IMG/VR virus record: IMGVR_UViG_3300046615_000588
Span: 37,396 to 101,395 of that record
Length of the DNA stretch: 64,000 nt
Strand: one strand, 5' to 3'
Origin: a virus
Lineage: Duplodnaviria > Caudoviricetes
Shown: piece by piece, positions 1 to 10,178 of the stretch
Layout: each line of letters starts with the position of its first letter
Numbering within the stretch: position 1 is the stretch's first letter
Notes under the pieces: generated by a model
The model's database searches: none
Seen by the model: the letters and a program-made list of their open reading frames with translations, nothing else
What the model was told of the DNA's origin: nothing
Program-made: the position numbers and the translations under genes

Positions 1-96
1 AGCCGCTGATATCCCACATTGAACAGCACCAGCGCATGCGTCCTGTATCAGGGCGCATGAGCGGGGATTGTCCCGATCACTGAAAGGAGGTACATC

Positions 97-567
97 ATGA
101 ACCCAGCACCCATTACCACCAGCGAACCCGCCACCCCGGCACCGTCGGCCACCGTGTATGAATGCCCCGACTGCGACTGGACCGGCACCCTGGACGACAT
201 GGACGGGCTGCACCACCTGCACCATATCCACGAACGCATCAGCGCTGGCGAACTGGTGCCCGCCGGGGTCTGCCCCGAGTGCCGCGCCATGATTTCGGTC
301 GATGATGCCGATGTGCCGCACGACACCTTGCAGACTGTCGCCTACATCATGCGGGCGCGCGGCTGGACCGTCAGCGCGCCGGACAGCCCGCCCAGCCAGT
401 CGCCTGACCCGGTCCGCAAGGACATCGCCGAGGCGCTGCGCGATGGCGTCGCCGCCGATATCTGGTACGACGCCCACCAATACGGCGACACCGACAAGGC
501 CACGCAGATTGAGGAAGTCCAGAACGCAATGGTCAACGCGGCGGCGCTACTGGACCCAAACACCTGA
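97..567 (+). CDS. Hypothetical protein with zinc ribbon
   Basis: AGGAGG SD; CPDC and CPEC motifs. Confidence 0.75.
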   Translation: MNPAPITTSEPATPAPSATVYECPDCDWTGTLDDMDGLHHLHHIHERISAGELVPAGVCPECRAMISVDDADVPHDTLQTVAYIMRARGWTVSAPDSPPSQSPDPVRKDIAEALRDGVAADIWYDAHQYGDTDKATQIEEVQNAMVNAAALLDPNT

Positions 568-626
568 CGGGGGATGGCTTAAAATCCCGCTTCTTGCACG
601 GAGCGCAACAGAACCAAGGAACCACT

Positions 627-812
627 ATGAGCGGACGCACATCAGCAGAAATGATCAAGGCGATGCAATTCGTGCGCGCCGGAATGAGCGGCTATGCGGC
701 GGCTAAGCACGTTGGCATCGCCCTGTCCACCCTTTACCGTTCGGCCCTGTGGAAACAGTATCAGGCCGAACTCGCCACCATCAAACAGGAGAACCAGCAT
801 GGTAACCCGTAA
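627..812 (+). CDS. Small HTH DNA-binding protein
   Basis: AAGGA SD; GMSGYAAAKHVGIALSTLYR HTH pattern. Confidence 0.7.
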   Translation: MSGRTSAEMIKAMQFVRAGMSGYAAAKHVGIALSTLYRSALWKQYQAELATIKQENQHGNP

Positions 813-1491
813 AACCCCCACCAAGTCGCAAGACGAGATCAAGCAGGAACTCAAGGATATGGGCCTGTTTCTGCCCGAGCCGCCCGAGACCTGCTATGTG
901 TTGCTCGAATTTGCCTGTGTCGTCGCAGGGGCCGCCGACATGACCGCCGCCTACGACAGCGCCGCCGCCCAGCTGCAAGCGCACCTGAACGAGCAAGCCT
1001 GCCCGCGCATGTCGCTGGTGAGCAAGGAGACCTATGAGCAATTCATGCGGGACCAGCTCCCCGATGACGAGGACGAGGACGATGATTACACCGAGGCCGA
1101 CCAGCATCCGCTATACGGACGGCGCTGTTTCTGGACCTTGCGCCGCAATAATTTCCCCGCTACGCCCGCCGCCTTGATCGACGCTGTCGCCCGCGACGAG
1201 GCGGACATGGCCAAGGACGACTCTGCCTACACCCCCTATGACACGCAGCGGCTGGCCATGCAGTCCGGCTTCACTGAAATGGATGTACGCTTTACCCACT
1301 TTTTCCAAGGCAAGCACAACGTCAAACGCATCGGCGACGGTTCGCACGACATGACCTACGCCGAAATTATCTGGCTGCTGCACCAATCAATCCTCCAGGA
1401 CCAGCTGGGCGACCACATTTTCTTCGAGGGCCTGAACCGCGTCGCCACCGATGGGGCGGTGCCGCTGTTCGATGTGTACATGGGGAGCTGA
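799..1491 (+). CDS. Hypothetical protein with acidic central stretch
   Basis: AGGAG SD before ATG at 799; native codon usage. Confidence 0.75.
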   Translation: MVTRKTPTKSQDEIKQELKDMGLFLPEPPETCYVLLEFACVVAGAADMTAAYDSAAAQLQAHLNEQACPRMSLVSKETYEQFMRDQLPDDEDEDDDYTEADQHPLYGRRCFWTLRRNNFPATPAALIDAVARDEADMAKDDSAYTPYDTQRLAMQSGFTEMDVRFTHFFQGKHNVKRIGDGSHDMTYAEIIWLLHQSILQDQLGDHIFFEGLNRVATDGAVPLFDVYMGS

Positions 1492-1493
1492 GC

Positions 1494-1934
1494 ATGCGCA
1501 AACTTGAAACCCCCGAGCAGATCATCGCCCGCGTTGGCTGGCTGGTGCAACTGGTCGGTGCCAGCGATCACGCGCCCAGCTTCGCCTACACCATCGGCCT
1601 GACCGACCTGCACCTGCCCGAACTGATCACCTTCTCGCTACCCTTCGAGGTCGCGGGCTTCGCCCTGAACACGCTGGCCCAGCGCATGAAGGACGGCGAA
1701 GTCCTGCCCGGCTACACGCGCCTGCAGGATGTGCTGGCCGCTGATGTGCAACTGATCCAGGCTGAGCGCTCCATGGCCGACCAGTTCATGTTCCAGGCGC
1801 TGTACCGCAATCCCAACTACCGCGCGCTGCAGGTGGTCTGGCCCGACCCGCAAAGCGGGGCCTTCCCTTGGGAGGACGGCTACGCCGACAAGTACCGCAC
1901 ACCGCAGCCGCTGCTATTACCCACCTTGCAGTAA
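1494..1934 (+). CDS. DUF4262-like protein
   Basis: FAYTIGL...LPEL and LQVVWPD...FPWE motifs. Confidence 0.75.
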   Translation: MRKLETPEQIIARVGWLVQLVGASDHAPSFAYTIGLTDLHLPELITFSLPFEVAGFALNTLAQRMKDGEVLPGYTRLQDVLAADVQLIQAERSMADQFMFQALYRNPNYRALQVVWPDPQSGAFPWEDGYADKYRTPQPLLLPTLQ

Positions 1935-1950
1935 TCACTAGGAGAACACC

Positions 1951-2346
1951 ATGCATGACTACAACCGCGCAGCAGAAACACCGGCTGCCAACATCACGCT
2001 GCTGGACTACTTCGCTGCCCGCGCACCGAAGGAAATCCCAGCTTGGTACATGGAAAATTTCTTCCCTTATGAGGGACCAGCACGACCAGTCATCCCCGCC
2101 GACGCATCGGAAAACGACCGCACGATGTTAGAGTCTTGGTGCAAGGATGGCATTTTCGACCTGCCACCAGAGTGGAGCTGGTTCGCCGACAAAATGAATG
2201 CCTACAATGAAGGCCTCCGTGAGCATCAGGAGGACTTTGAAATATACCGCTACTTTGAATGGCCGTGGTATTGGGCTAACCGCATGCTCATGTCACGCTA
2301 CAACCACAACGTCAGCAAAGCCAAAAGGGATGCGGCAGGCACTTAA
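1951..2346 (+). CDS. Phage hypothetical protein
   Basis: AGGAG SD; TLLDYFAARAP motif common in small phage proteins. Confidence 0.75.
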   Translation: MHDYNRAAETPAANITLLDYFAARAPKEIPAWYMENFFPYEGPARPVIPADASENDRTMLESWCKDGIFDLPPEWSWFADKMNAYNEGLREHQEDFEIYRYFEWPWYWANRMLMSRYNHNVSKAKRDAAGT

Positions 2347-2365
2347 AGACCAAACCGCCGCTGCC

Positions 2366-2391
2366 ACCGCCCTTTCGGGCGGTTTTCTTTT
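2366..2391 (+). terminator. Intrinsic terminator between convergent operons
   Basis: ACCGCCC-TTTC-GGGCGGT followed by TTTCTTTT. Confidence 0.75.
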
Positions 2392-2716
2392 AACTGTCGC
2401 GCACCCGCGCCACGCAATACACGGTCCATTTACCCAGCAAGCCAGCCCCCGCGTCCACCTCGATTTCCGCCGAATAACGCGCGTTGGGCTGCAAGTCCAG
2501 GCTGGCCGGGAGCATGGCGCGGTACACCCCCTTGCTGGCGGCCACGTAGGGCATGGGCTTAGGCCAGGTGTCGCCAGTGGTTTCCGCGCCGTCCGCGTCG
2601 TACAGCGTCACCTCCACCGTGGCGCTGTTGAGGTAGTCGCCCGTTAGTTCCTCCCGAACGTGGCACACTTCCAGGATGTTGTCGTTGTCGATATACAGTA
2701 CCGAGATTGTGCTCAT
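2390..2716 (-). CDS. Putative virion protein, Ig-like beta-sandwich (fibre anchor candidate)
   Basis: Last gene of the fibre operon, ATGA overlap with the upstream gene; beta-rich 108 aa. Confidence 0.7.
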   Translation of the reverse strand: MSTISVLYIDNDNILEVCHVREELTGDYLNSATVEVTLYDADGAETTGDTWPKPMPYVAASKGVYRAMLPASLDLQPNARYSAEIEVDAGAGLLGKWTVYCVARVRDS

Positions 2717-5109
2717 CGCGCGGGCCTCAAGATGGTGTCGCCAGCCAGTGCTGGCCTGAAACGGCTATGGGCCTGCACCGATGCCGCTATCCCGACATGC
2801 GCACTGACAGCATGGCGCACCCTGATCCGGTCCACATCGATGCACCCCTCGTGCAGCACATATTCGGCGAGACTGCCGCTGACCGACTGCCCGGCCTGGC
2901 CGGTGCCAACCACGGCATCCACCCCGACAACGATCAACCCCTGTGCGCGCTGCGCCTGTGCCGTGGCCGCAATGCTATCGACCGCCACGGCGGCGCTGAC
3001 GATGACCGTCTGGCCCTGCCAGGTCTGCACTGTGCACGCCGCCGACAACTCGCCGCTGGCCGCGACGCTCTGGCTGGCCTGGAAGGTCTGCGCGCCCGGT
3101 CCGTCGTTGAGCGCAAGCAGGTCGCCGCGCATGGTTTGCGCCTGCCCGGTGACGGCCTGCCCATCACTGCCCACCTGGGCGCTGGCCGCCACCAGCTGTG
3201 CCTGCGCGGTGCCGCCACTGGCATCCACCGACAACGCCGCATCCGCGCTGACCGATTGGGCCTGACTGGTATTAACCTGGGCGCTGAATTCCTCCTGCCC
3301 CTGCGCCTGCACGCTCTGGCCTTGCGCGGTGCCGACCAGCGCCGCCGCGGCCACTTCGCCGCTGGCCAACACGGTTTGCCCTTGGCTGGTGGCCGCGCTG
3401 CTGTCGAGCACCTGCGCCGAGCTGGCCAGCGTGGTTTGCGCCTGACTGGTGCCGGCTATCGCGTCCACCGCAATCTGGCCATCCGCGCTGGCACTCTGCG
3501 CCTGGGCCGTGGCGCTCACGGCGTCCACGCCGACCGCGCCGCTGGCGGCCGCACTTTGCGCCTGACTGGTGGCCACCCCGGCGGCGTCGCCGTTCAATGC
3601 CGTGGCCGCGACACTCTGGCCCTGGCTGGTGCTGCCGCTGGCCGCCGCGTCCACGGCGGCGCTGGCCGAGCTGGTTTGACCCTGGCTGGTGGCTACGTCA
3701 AGGACCGCTTGCAACGCGCCGCTGGCGGCTACCGATTGCGCCTGACTGGTGGCCGCGACAACGTCCAGCGACGGCGCCACGCTGGCCAACACCGATTGCG
3801 CCTGGCTGGTGCCGACCACGGCGTCGTTCGCCGAGGCCATGCTGGCCGTCGTGCTTTGCGCCTGACTGCTGCTGCTGCTGGCGTCCACGCCCACGCTGCC
3901 GCTCGCCGCTACCGTTTGCGCCTGCGCCGTGGCGCTCGCCGTTGACGAGGTTTCCGCCAGCACGGCAACGCTCTGGCCCTGGCTGGTGGCGACACTGGCC
4001 AGCGCCTCCAGCGCCGCGTTGGCCGTCGTCGTTTGCGCCTGGGCACTGGCACACACGGCGTCCACGGCAGCCGCGCCGCTGGCCGCCACCGTCTGCGCTT
4101 GCGCGCTGCCAATGACGGCATCGACGGCGACAATCCCGCTGGCGGTCAGCGTTTGCCCTTGACTGGTGGCCACGCTGGCGGACACGTCCAGCGCGCCAGT
4201 GGCGGCGATTGATTGCGCCTGAGCGGTGCCGATGGCGGCTTCGGCCACGAGCGCACCAGCTGCAGACAGCGTTTGCGCCTGCGCGGTGGCGCTTGTGGCG
4301 TCCACACCAAGCACGGCACTGCCCGCCACCGTCTGACCCTGGCTGCTTGTCGCCGTGGCGTTGACCGCCAACAGCCCGCTTGCGCTCACACTCTGCGCCT
4401 GGCTGGTGGCCACCACGCAGGTATTGTCCGGCTCGACAGCGATGAACGGTTCACCCTTGAAACCGATATCAAGCGTGCTGGTGATGATGCCGTGCTTACT
4501 CGTGACCTGGATAAATGGCTCGCCAGCAAACGCCAGATCAAGGCTGGCCAGTTCGGCGGCGCTCTTGAGCGTGCCGGTGTACGCGGCGACCGACTGCGCC
4601 TGGCTGGTAGCAATAGCGCAGGTGTTGGCCGCCTCGACGGCGACGAATGGTTCGCCCTTGAAGCCAATATCAAGCGTGCTGGTGGTGACGCCCGCCTTGG
4701 CCGTCACCTGCGCGAACGGCTCGCCGCCAAACGCCAGGTCTAAGCTGGCCAACGCAAGCGCGCTCTTGAGCGTGCGCGTGCATGCGGCGACGGATTGCGA
4801 CGCCTGGCCGGTGGCCACCACGGCCACCACGCCGGTTGATCCGGTGGCCAGCACGGTCTGGCCCTGCTGCGTGCTGCCGCTGGCGGCCACACCGACCGCG
4901 CCGCTGGCCGTGACGCTTTGCCCCTGGCGCGTCGCCACGGTGCCATCAATACTGCCAAGGGCCGCCTCCACCGCGAGGAAGGGCTGGCCTTGATAGCCGC
5001 TGTCCAGACTGGTGGTGGTGATGCCGTTCTTACCCGTCACCTGGACAAATGGCGCACCGTTGAACGCCAGATCAAGCGCGGCAAGTTCCAGGGCGGTCTT
5101 GAGCGTCAT
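2713..5109 (-). CDS. Fibre shaft/adaptor protein: three ~48-aa N-terminal modules plus ~30 20-aa repeats
   Basis: (T/S)SQ(A/G)Q(S/T)VAASG repeats with 60-bp periodicity; modules at aa 2-49, 113-160 and 180-227. Confidence 0.8.
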   Translation of the reverse strand: MTLKTALELAALDLAFNGAPFVQVTGKNGITTTSLDSGYQGQPFLAVEAALGSIDGTVATRQGQSVTASGAVGVAASGSTQQGQTVLATGSTGVVAVVATGQASQSVAACTRTLKSALALASLDLAFGGEPFAQVTAKAGVTTSTLDIGFKGEPFVAVEAANTCAIATSQAQSVAAYTGTLKSAAELASLDLAFAGEPFIQVTSKHGIITSTLDIGFKGEPFIAVEPDNTCVVATSQAQSVSASGLLAVNATATSSQGQTVAGSAVLGVDATSATAQAQTLSAAGALVAEAAIGTAQAQSIAATGALDVSASVATSQGQTLTASGIVAVDAVIGSAQAQTVAASGAAAVDAVCASAQAQTTTANAALEALASVATSQGQSVAVLAETSSTASATAQAQTVAASGSVGVDASSSSSQAQSTTASMASANDAVVGTSQAQSVLASVAPSLDVVAATSQAQSVAASGALQAVLDVATSQGQTSSASAAVDAAASGSTSQGQSVAATALNGDAAGVATSQAQSAAASGAVGVDAVSATAQAQSASADGQIAVDAIAGTSQAQTTLASSAQVLDSSAATSQGQTVLASGEVAAAALVGTAQGQSVQAQGQEEFSAQVNTSQAQSVSADAALSVDASGGTAQAQLVAASAQVGSDGQAVTGQAQTMRGDLLALNDGPGAQTFQASQSVAASGELSAACTVQTWQGQTVIVSAAVAVDSIAATAQAQRAQGLIVVGVDAVVGTGQAGQSVSGSLAEYVLHEGCIDVDRIRVRHAVSAHVGIAASVQAHSRFRPALAGDTILRPAR
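2880..4420 (-). repeat. Degenerate 60-bp coding tandem repeat, ~26 units
   Basis: gctggcc...gcgcctgactggt recurs in register every 60 nt, clearest at 3361-3960. Confidence 0.85.
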
Positions 5110-5111
5110 GG

Positions 5112-7952
5112 CTATGCCTGGGTGATGGAGATATCGTCAATCCAGAAATTGTTGCTCGTGCCGACGCCATCATAGACTTGGAACAGCACCTCGACCACGC
5201 CAGCCTCGCTCGGTGTGAAGGTCAAATTGCTCGATTGGGTCCAGGTGTTGATCGTTGGCGCACAGGCCACTGACACATCGCTGGGCACACCGGCGATCTG
5301 GCCGCCCTGCACCAGCAGCTTGCCGTTGATGTTGGTGTTATCGCGCCGCGTCCAGATGGACAGCGTGACCAGATTGTTTGCACTTAACGCGATCTTGGCC
5401 ACCGACAGGGTGAGTGGATAGACCGCTGTCCGGCTGGTGGCGGTTGGGCGGAATTTCCAGGCGATCCCGCTGCCCGTGTGGCGTTGATCGGTGGCTGAGA
5501 TTATCGTGCCGCCATCCGTGGTGATCACATGGCTGGTCGCCGTGCCACCATCTTTTTGCGAGTAGAGGTAGGCATTAACGCCGCTGGTCAATGGGGCATA
5601 CGCGGTCGTGTCGGTCAGCGAGCTATTGAACAGGATCAGCCCCGCGCTGGCATACGCCCCGGCGCTGACATTCGACGCCGTGACCAGCCGCGAAATTTTT
5701 ACGGGGAAAACCGGGCCACTCTGCGTGTAGAGGCCGTATGCGCCGCTGTTCTTCGCGGTGAAGTCCTGCATCATGCCCTGGCTGGATCCGCCGCCGAGGC
5801 TGATGTTTTGCGAAATATTGCTGTAGGCGGACAGGGCGCGCGCCTGCATCATGGTCGAACTAAGCAGTATCCCCAATGTGTCGCCATTGTGCGCGGCGAT
5901 GCCGAGAAACGAACTCGGTCCGGCGCTACCACTTGTCCCGGCGGTTGCGATCCCGCTGCTATTGGTATTATTGGCGTGGCAATTCTTGACGATGCAATAA
6001 GTAAATGAATACAGGTTCGAGAACCCGGTGTAGCATCGGACGCTGTTGAGGTTGTCAAACACCAGGTACGACGAGGTGTTGGCGTTGAAGCCGCTGTTGA
6101 AATACGCATCCTGGCCGTCGATCCAGGTTTCCCCGGTCTGCGTGGACATATCGGTCGTGTTCCAGCCGCCGCTATAGGTGATCGGGCTGCCGGACGTGCC
6201 GCCTTCCTGAACAATATTGAACGCGGTAAAGGCGCTGACCATCGCCTGCTTGATGGTTTCCCGCTTGTAGGTGGCCACCGTTTCCGTGCTGCCGCCGTAG
6301 CCGCGCCCCGCATTGCCCAGCGTCTGCGGGCCGTTGTCCAGCTTGACGGTGGTGCCGTTGATCGACTGGATGCCGTACCACGTATCCTCCAGGTCGTCGC
6401 AGGTCCAGGTCAGCGCGCCATCGGTGACGGTCGCGCCGATCTCCAGCGGCCAGGTCGGCTCCGTGCTGCCGGAATTGCCACCGCCACCCGCCGTGACCTT
6501 GTAACGGTAGCCGTTGCGGTTCGGCGGCGTCGGCTTGCGCAGATCGTTGCTGGCGTAGGCGGTCGATGCGGTCCAGTTCAGATTCCACACCTTGCCGATC
6601 AGCGAGGTCAGTGAGAGCGAGTCGGCGCTGCTGGACGCCTTGCAGGCGATGATGTTGTCCACCTGGACCGTGACCGCCGCGATGTCCACGTCCTGGTACA
6701 GCGCCACCGACTGAATGGCGCTGTTCATGTTCGTACCGAGATCGACCGTGACCGGCAACCACACCGACCCTTGGTTGGTGGGTGGCAGCGGGATCGTATG
6801 CACCGAGGTCGCGCCAGCGGTGTCGGTGCACAGGCGCAGCGACAGCGTGTTGGCGGTGATGGCGGCGGTGGCGTACACCCAAAAACTAACCTGCTGATAC
6901 CCGGACAGATTCAACGTGCCGGTGGCGAAGTAGGCGCACAGGCCGGTGGTGAACGCCCCGGCGATCACATGCTTGGCCGACTTGGTGTTTTCCTTGAACT
7001 GCGAAGTGTCGGCGGTGCTGGTGACGTTGGCACTGGCCGTCCATGCTGTTTCGCAGTCGCTGATATTCAGGGTGACAGCCGACGCCAGCGTGATGGTCTT
7101 GCTGTTCTGCGTCCAGGTGGCGTTGCCGATCGATGTCGGATTGGTCGAGGACATGATGCGGATCGTGTCACCCGGCGCGGTGCGCGCAGCGGTCGCGCCA
7201 CTGGCGAAGGTCTTCCAGCGGGTGCCGAACGCTGCGCCCGAGACCACTGTGTTCAAATGCGCCAGCAACACAACCGAAGCGAACGAGGCGTCACCGGCAC
7301 CGACACTGTCAGGGAAGGCGGCCGTGGGGGCGGTGAACGCCCCGGCATAGCGCGCGACACCTTTGGTAACACGCACCTCGTCCACCCAGCCATCGATCTT
7401 GCGGATGCCACGATCATCATTGCCGATCACCAGTTGCGCGGTGTTATTGATAAAAGTGGAGCCGACCGTGGCTGACCCTTTGACCACGCCATCAACGTAG
7501 ACCCGCAACACGTTCGACGCATCCCTATCGGCGGCGACGTGATACCAGGTGTTGGCCGAGGGAGTCCAGGCCACTGGCGTACCCAGCAGGTCCGATCCGG
7601 TGGTCGAGTAGTAGAAAACAATATGCGTACTATCGTCCATTCCGAAGTACCAGCCGAACTGCGGGCTATTGCCAAATTGCGAAATGAAGGAACACGCGCC
7701 CACGTTGTTGAACCGCACCCAGCCTTCGACAGTGAACTGCCCGGCCCCGAACAGCCAGTCAGCGCTGTCGTCGGCGCTGATGCCGGAGGTGGAACTGGCA
7801 GTGCTCAGGTCCAGGCAGGAGCCGCCGAATTTACTTTGAGCGCTCGTATAGCCTGCCGAGCCGACTGCGTTCAGCATACGCGCCGTCGTCGAGCTATCAA
7901 CGGCGATCGCCGTGTCGCTGCCCCCCACCAAATCCATGTAAAAAGTGGCCAT
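5112..7952 (-). CDS. Receptor-binding/adhesin paralog 3 (946 aa) with inserted LamG/ConA-like domain and beta-helix region
   Basis: Shares MATFYxDLxGG N-terminus and DGVGTxNNFWIDDISIxQ C-terminus with neighbours; insert has FTVEGWVRF, WYHVA, YVDG and DEVRVTKGVARY LamG motifs. Confidence 0.8.
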   Translation of the reverse strand: MATFYMDLVGGSDTAIAVDSSTTARMLNAVGSAGYTSAQSKFGGSCLDLSTASSTSGISADDSADWLFGAGQFTVEGWVRFNNVGACSFISQFGNSPQFGWYFGMDDSTHIVFYYSTTGSDLLGTPVAWTPSANTWYHVAADRDASNVLRVYVDGVVKGSATVGSTFINNTAQLVIGNDDRGIRKIDGWVDEVRVTKGVARYAGAFTAPTAAFPDSVGAGDASFASVVLLAHLNTVVSGAAFGTRWKTFASGATAARTAPGDTIRIMSSTNPTSIGNATWTQNSKTITLASAVTLNISDCETAWTASANVTSTADTSQFKENTKSAKHVIAGAFTTGLCAYFATGTLNLSGYQQVSFWVYATAAITANTLSLRLCTDTAGATSVHTIPLPPTNQGSVWLPVTVDLGTNMNSAIQSVALYQDVDIAAVTVQVDNIIACKASSSADSLSLTSLIGKVWNLNWTASTAYASNDLRKPTPPNRNGYRYKVTAGGGGNSGSTEPTWPLEIGATVTDGALTWTCDDLEDTWYGIQSINGTTVKLDNGPQTLGNAGRGYGGSTETVATYKRETIKQAMVSAFTAFNIVQEGGTSGSPITYSGGWNTTDMSTQTGETWIDGQDAYFNSGFNANTSSYLVFDNLNSVRCYTGFSNLYSFTYCIVKNCHANNTNSSGIATAGTSGSAGPSSFLGIAAHNGDTLGILLSSTMMQARALSAYSNISQNISLGGGSSQGMMQDFTAKNSGAYGLYTQSGPVFPVKISRLVTASNVSAGAYASAGLILFNSSLTDTTAYAPLTSGVNAYLYSQKDGGTATSHVITTDGGTIISATDQRHTGSGIAWKFRPTATSRTAVYPLTLSVAKIALSANNLVTLSIWTRRDNTNINGKLLVQGGQIAGVPSDVSVACAPTINTWTQSSNLTFTPSEAGVVEVLFQVYDGVGTSNNFWIDDISITQA

Positions 7953-7964
7953 GGAAGCAATCCC

Positions 7965-7987
7965 AAAAAAAGCCCAGCAGGACGGGC
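7965..7987 (-). terminator. Weak intrinsic terminator between adhesin paralogs 2 and 3
   Basis: GCCC-8nt-GGGC followed by T7 on the minus strand. Confidence 0.4.
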
Positions 7988-7994
7988 AAGGTGT

Positions 7995-10172
7995 CTACGA
8001 CTGGCTGATCGAAATGTCGTCAATCCAGAAATTGTTAGTTGTGCCCACCCCGTCCCATACCTGGAACAGCACTTCCACCACACCATCCTCGGTGGGGGCT
8101 AAGGTCAGGTTGCCCGACTGTGTCCAGGTATTGATCGAGGGCGCACAGCTTATCGACACGTCAGCGCCGACCCCGGCCAGCTGCCCGCCCCGCACCAGCA
8201 ACTGGCCGGCGATATCGGTGCTGTCGCGCCGCGTCCAGATGGAAATTGTCACCAGCGCGTTCGCGCTCACCGCCACCTTGGCCAGCGACAGGCGCAGCGG
8301 ATAGGCGCTGGTGCGCGTGGTGGAGGTGGGGCGGAATTTCCAGCTGATGCCGGAAGCGGTATGCCGCTGGTCGGTGGCCGAGACGATGCTGCCGCCGTCG
8401 GTCCAGATCAAATGGTTATCCGCCGTCTGGTCGTGCTTGTGCGAATAAATATAGGTGTTGTAATAATCTGGCAGAACGCCGAAGGCGGTGGCGCTCGACA
8501 GGCAATTGACCAGGTTGACGCGCGTGCAACCGACCGAGTTGGACGCCGTCAGGCTCGCCGTGCTATTGCCGCTGGCCACAAAACCGCTCAGCGACAGCTC
8601 GCGTGCGGAAGCATGATTGAACCCATAGCCGCCATTGCACTTGGCCCAGATATCACGGATCAAGGGGCCGGACAGGAACCCGCCATTGGCGGTGGAGTAC
8701 CCTGTTGCACAGCCATTGGCCTGGATCGCCAGCGCATCAAGAGTGACGTTGAAGGTCGAGAAAGCCGTGCCGGTGCCGCACATGCTGGTGACGACATTGC
8801 GCAAGGTTACAATCGCGTCCGCCGTATAGCTGAAACCCGTGCTGTCGTTGTTGTGGTGGCAGTTCTTGTAGCGCCAGTATTTATTGCCGTACTGCGTCCC
8901 AAAACTGAACCGCAGCGAATTGAAATTCTCCAGCGTGATGTAATCCATGCCGTTGCTGTGCAAGGCGACCCCCGCCCCGTTGCCGCCCGCCAGCCACGTC
9001 TCGCCAGTCTGCGTACTCATGTCGGTGCGGTTCCAACCACCCGAATACACAATAGGCTGCGTGCTGGTGCCGCTCTCCTGGGGCACGTTGAAGGTGCTGG
9101 TGGTGGTGGACAGCAGCGCCTGCGCCAGCGACTCGCGCTTGTAGGTGGCTATCGTTTCGCTAGCGTGCGGGTAGCGGCCAGTCGTCGAACTACTCGTGGT
9201 GCCAACAGGGCCATCGAGTTTGACGGTGGTGCCACTGATCGAAGCGATGCCGTACCACGTATCCTCCAAGCCCTCGCACAGCCAGGTCACGCCGCCATCG
9301 GTCACGCTCGCACCGATCTGCTGCGGCCAGCTCGGCTCACTGCTGCCAGTCGCCCCGGTCTGCGCCGTCACCTGATACTTGTAGCCGTTGCGGTTCGGTT
9401 GCGTCGGGCGGCGGATGTCGTTCACCGCGTAGCTGGTGGAGGCGATCCAGCTCAGGTTGTGCACCTTGCCGATCAAGGAATTCAAGGTCAGCGCGTCGGC
9501 GCTGGAAGACGCCTTGCAGGCAATAATGTGATCCAGGCGGATGGTGACGGTGCCGGGGTCCAGGTCGCAGTACAGGGCCACCGAATTGATGGACGAACTC
9601 AGGTTCGCGCCCAGGTCCAGCGTGACCGGCAACCAAGCCGACATGCCGGCCATCGGGATGGCCGGGATGGGGATGGTGTGCACGCTGGTCGCCCCGGCCG
9701 CGTCCGAACACAGGCGCAGCGAGCATGTCGATGCGGCGAGGGCCACACTCGTTGACACCCAAAACGACACTTGCTGGTAGCTCGACAAGTCCAGCGCGCC
9801 GGTGGCGAAGTAAGCGGCCAGGCCGGTGGTGAAGCCCGAGGCGATGTCGAGCTTGGCATATTTACTGCCCTCCTTCTGGAGGGAAGGGCCAGAACTGGCA
9901 GTGGCCGTCACGTTGGTCGAGGCGGTCCAGGCTGTCTCACAGTCGGCAATGTTGGCCGTCACCGCGCCGGGCAGCGTCACCGTGCGGCTGAGATTGGTCC
10001 AGCTGGCGTTGCCCACCAGCGTCGGATCAGGCGAGGCCATGATACGGATCGTGTCGCCGGGGGCGGTGCGTGCGGCGGTGGCGCCACTGGCGAAAGTCTT
10101 CCAGCGATTGGCGAACGTGGTCCCGTCGTTGCTGTCGTTGCCGCCGACCAGATCGAGGTAAAAAGTCGCCAT
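7995..10172 (-). CDS. Receptor-binding/adhesin paralog 2 (725 aa)
   Basis: Same conserved termini; CBM-like WxASTxY...EPxWP...DGGVTW insert; N/G/S-rich beta-helix-like centre. Confidence 0.8.
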   Translation of the reverse strand: MATFYLDLVGGNDSNDGTTFANRWKTFASGATAARTAPGDTIRIMASPDPTLVGNASWTNLSRTVTLPGAVTANIADCETAWTASTNVTATASSGPSLQKEGSKYAKLDIASGFTTGLAAYFATGALDLSSYQQVSFWVSTSVALAASTCSLRLCSDAAGATSVHTIPIPAIPMAGMSAWLPVTLDLGANLSSSINSVALYCDLDPGTVTIRLDHIIACKASSSADALTLNSLIGKVHNLSWIASTSYAVNDIRRPTQPNRNGYKYQVTAQTGATGSSEPSWPQQIGASVTDGGVTWLCEGLEDTWYGIASISGTTVKLDGPVGTTSSSTTGRYPHASETIATYKRESLAQALLSTTTSTFNVPQESGTSTQPIVYSGGWNRTDMSTQTGETWLAGGNGAGVALHSNGMDYITLENFNSLRFSFGTQYGNKYWRYKNCHHNNDSTGFSYTADAIVTLRNVVTSMCGTGTAFSTFNVTLDALAIQANGCATGYSTANGGFLSGPLIRDIWAKCNGGYGFNHASARELSLSGFVASGNSTASLTASNSVGCTRVNLVNCLSSATAFGVLPDYYNTYIYSHKHDQTADNHLIWTDGGSIVSATDQRHTASGISWKFRPTSTTRTSAYPLRLSLAKVAVSANALVTISIWTRRDSTDIAGQLLVRGGQLAGVGADVSISCAPSINTWTQSGNLTLAPTEDGVVEVLFQVWDGVGTTNNFWIDDISISQS

Positions 10173-10178
10173 GGATGT

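Noticed and set aside
2880-4420. 60-bp periodic repeats as a CRISPR array
   Set aside because: Degenerate, in-frame protein repeats with no constant repeat/unique spacer structure and no cas genes
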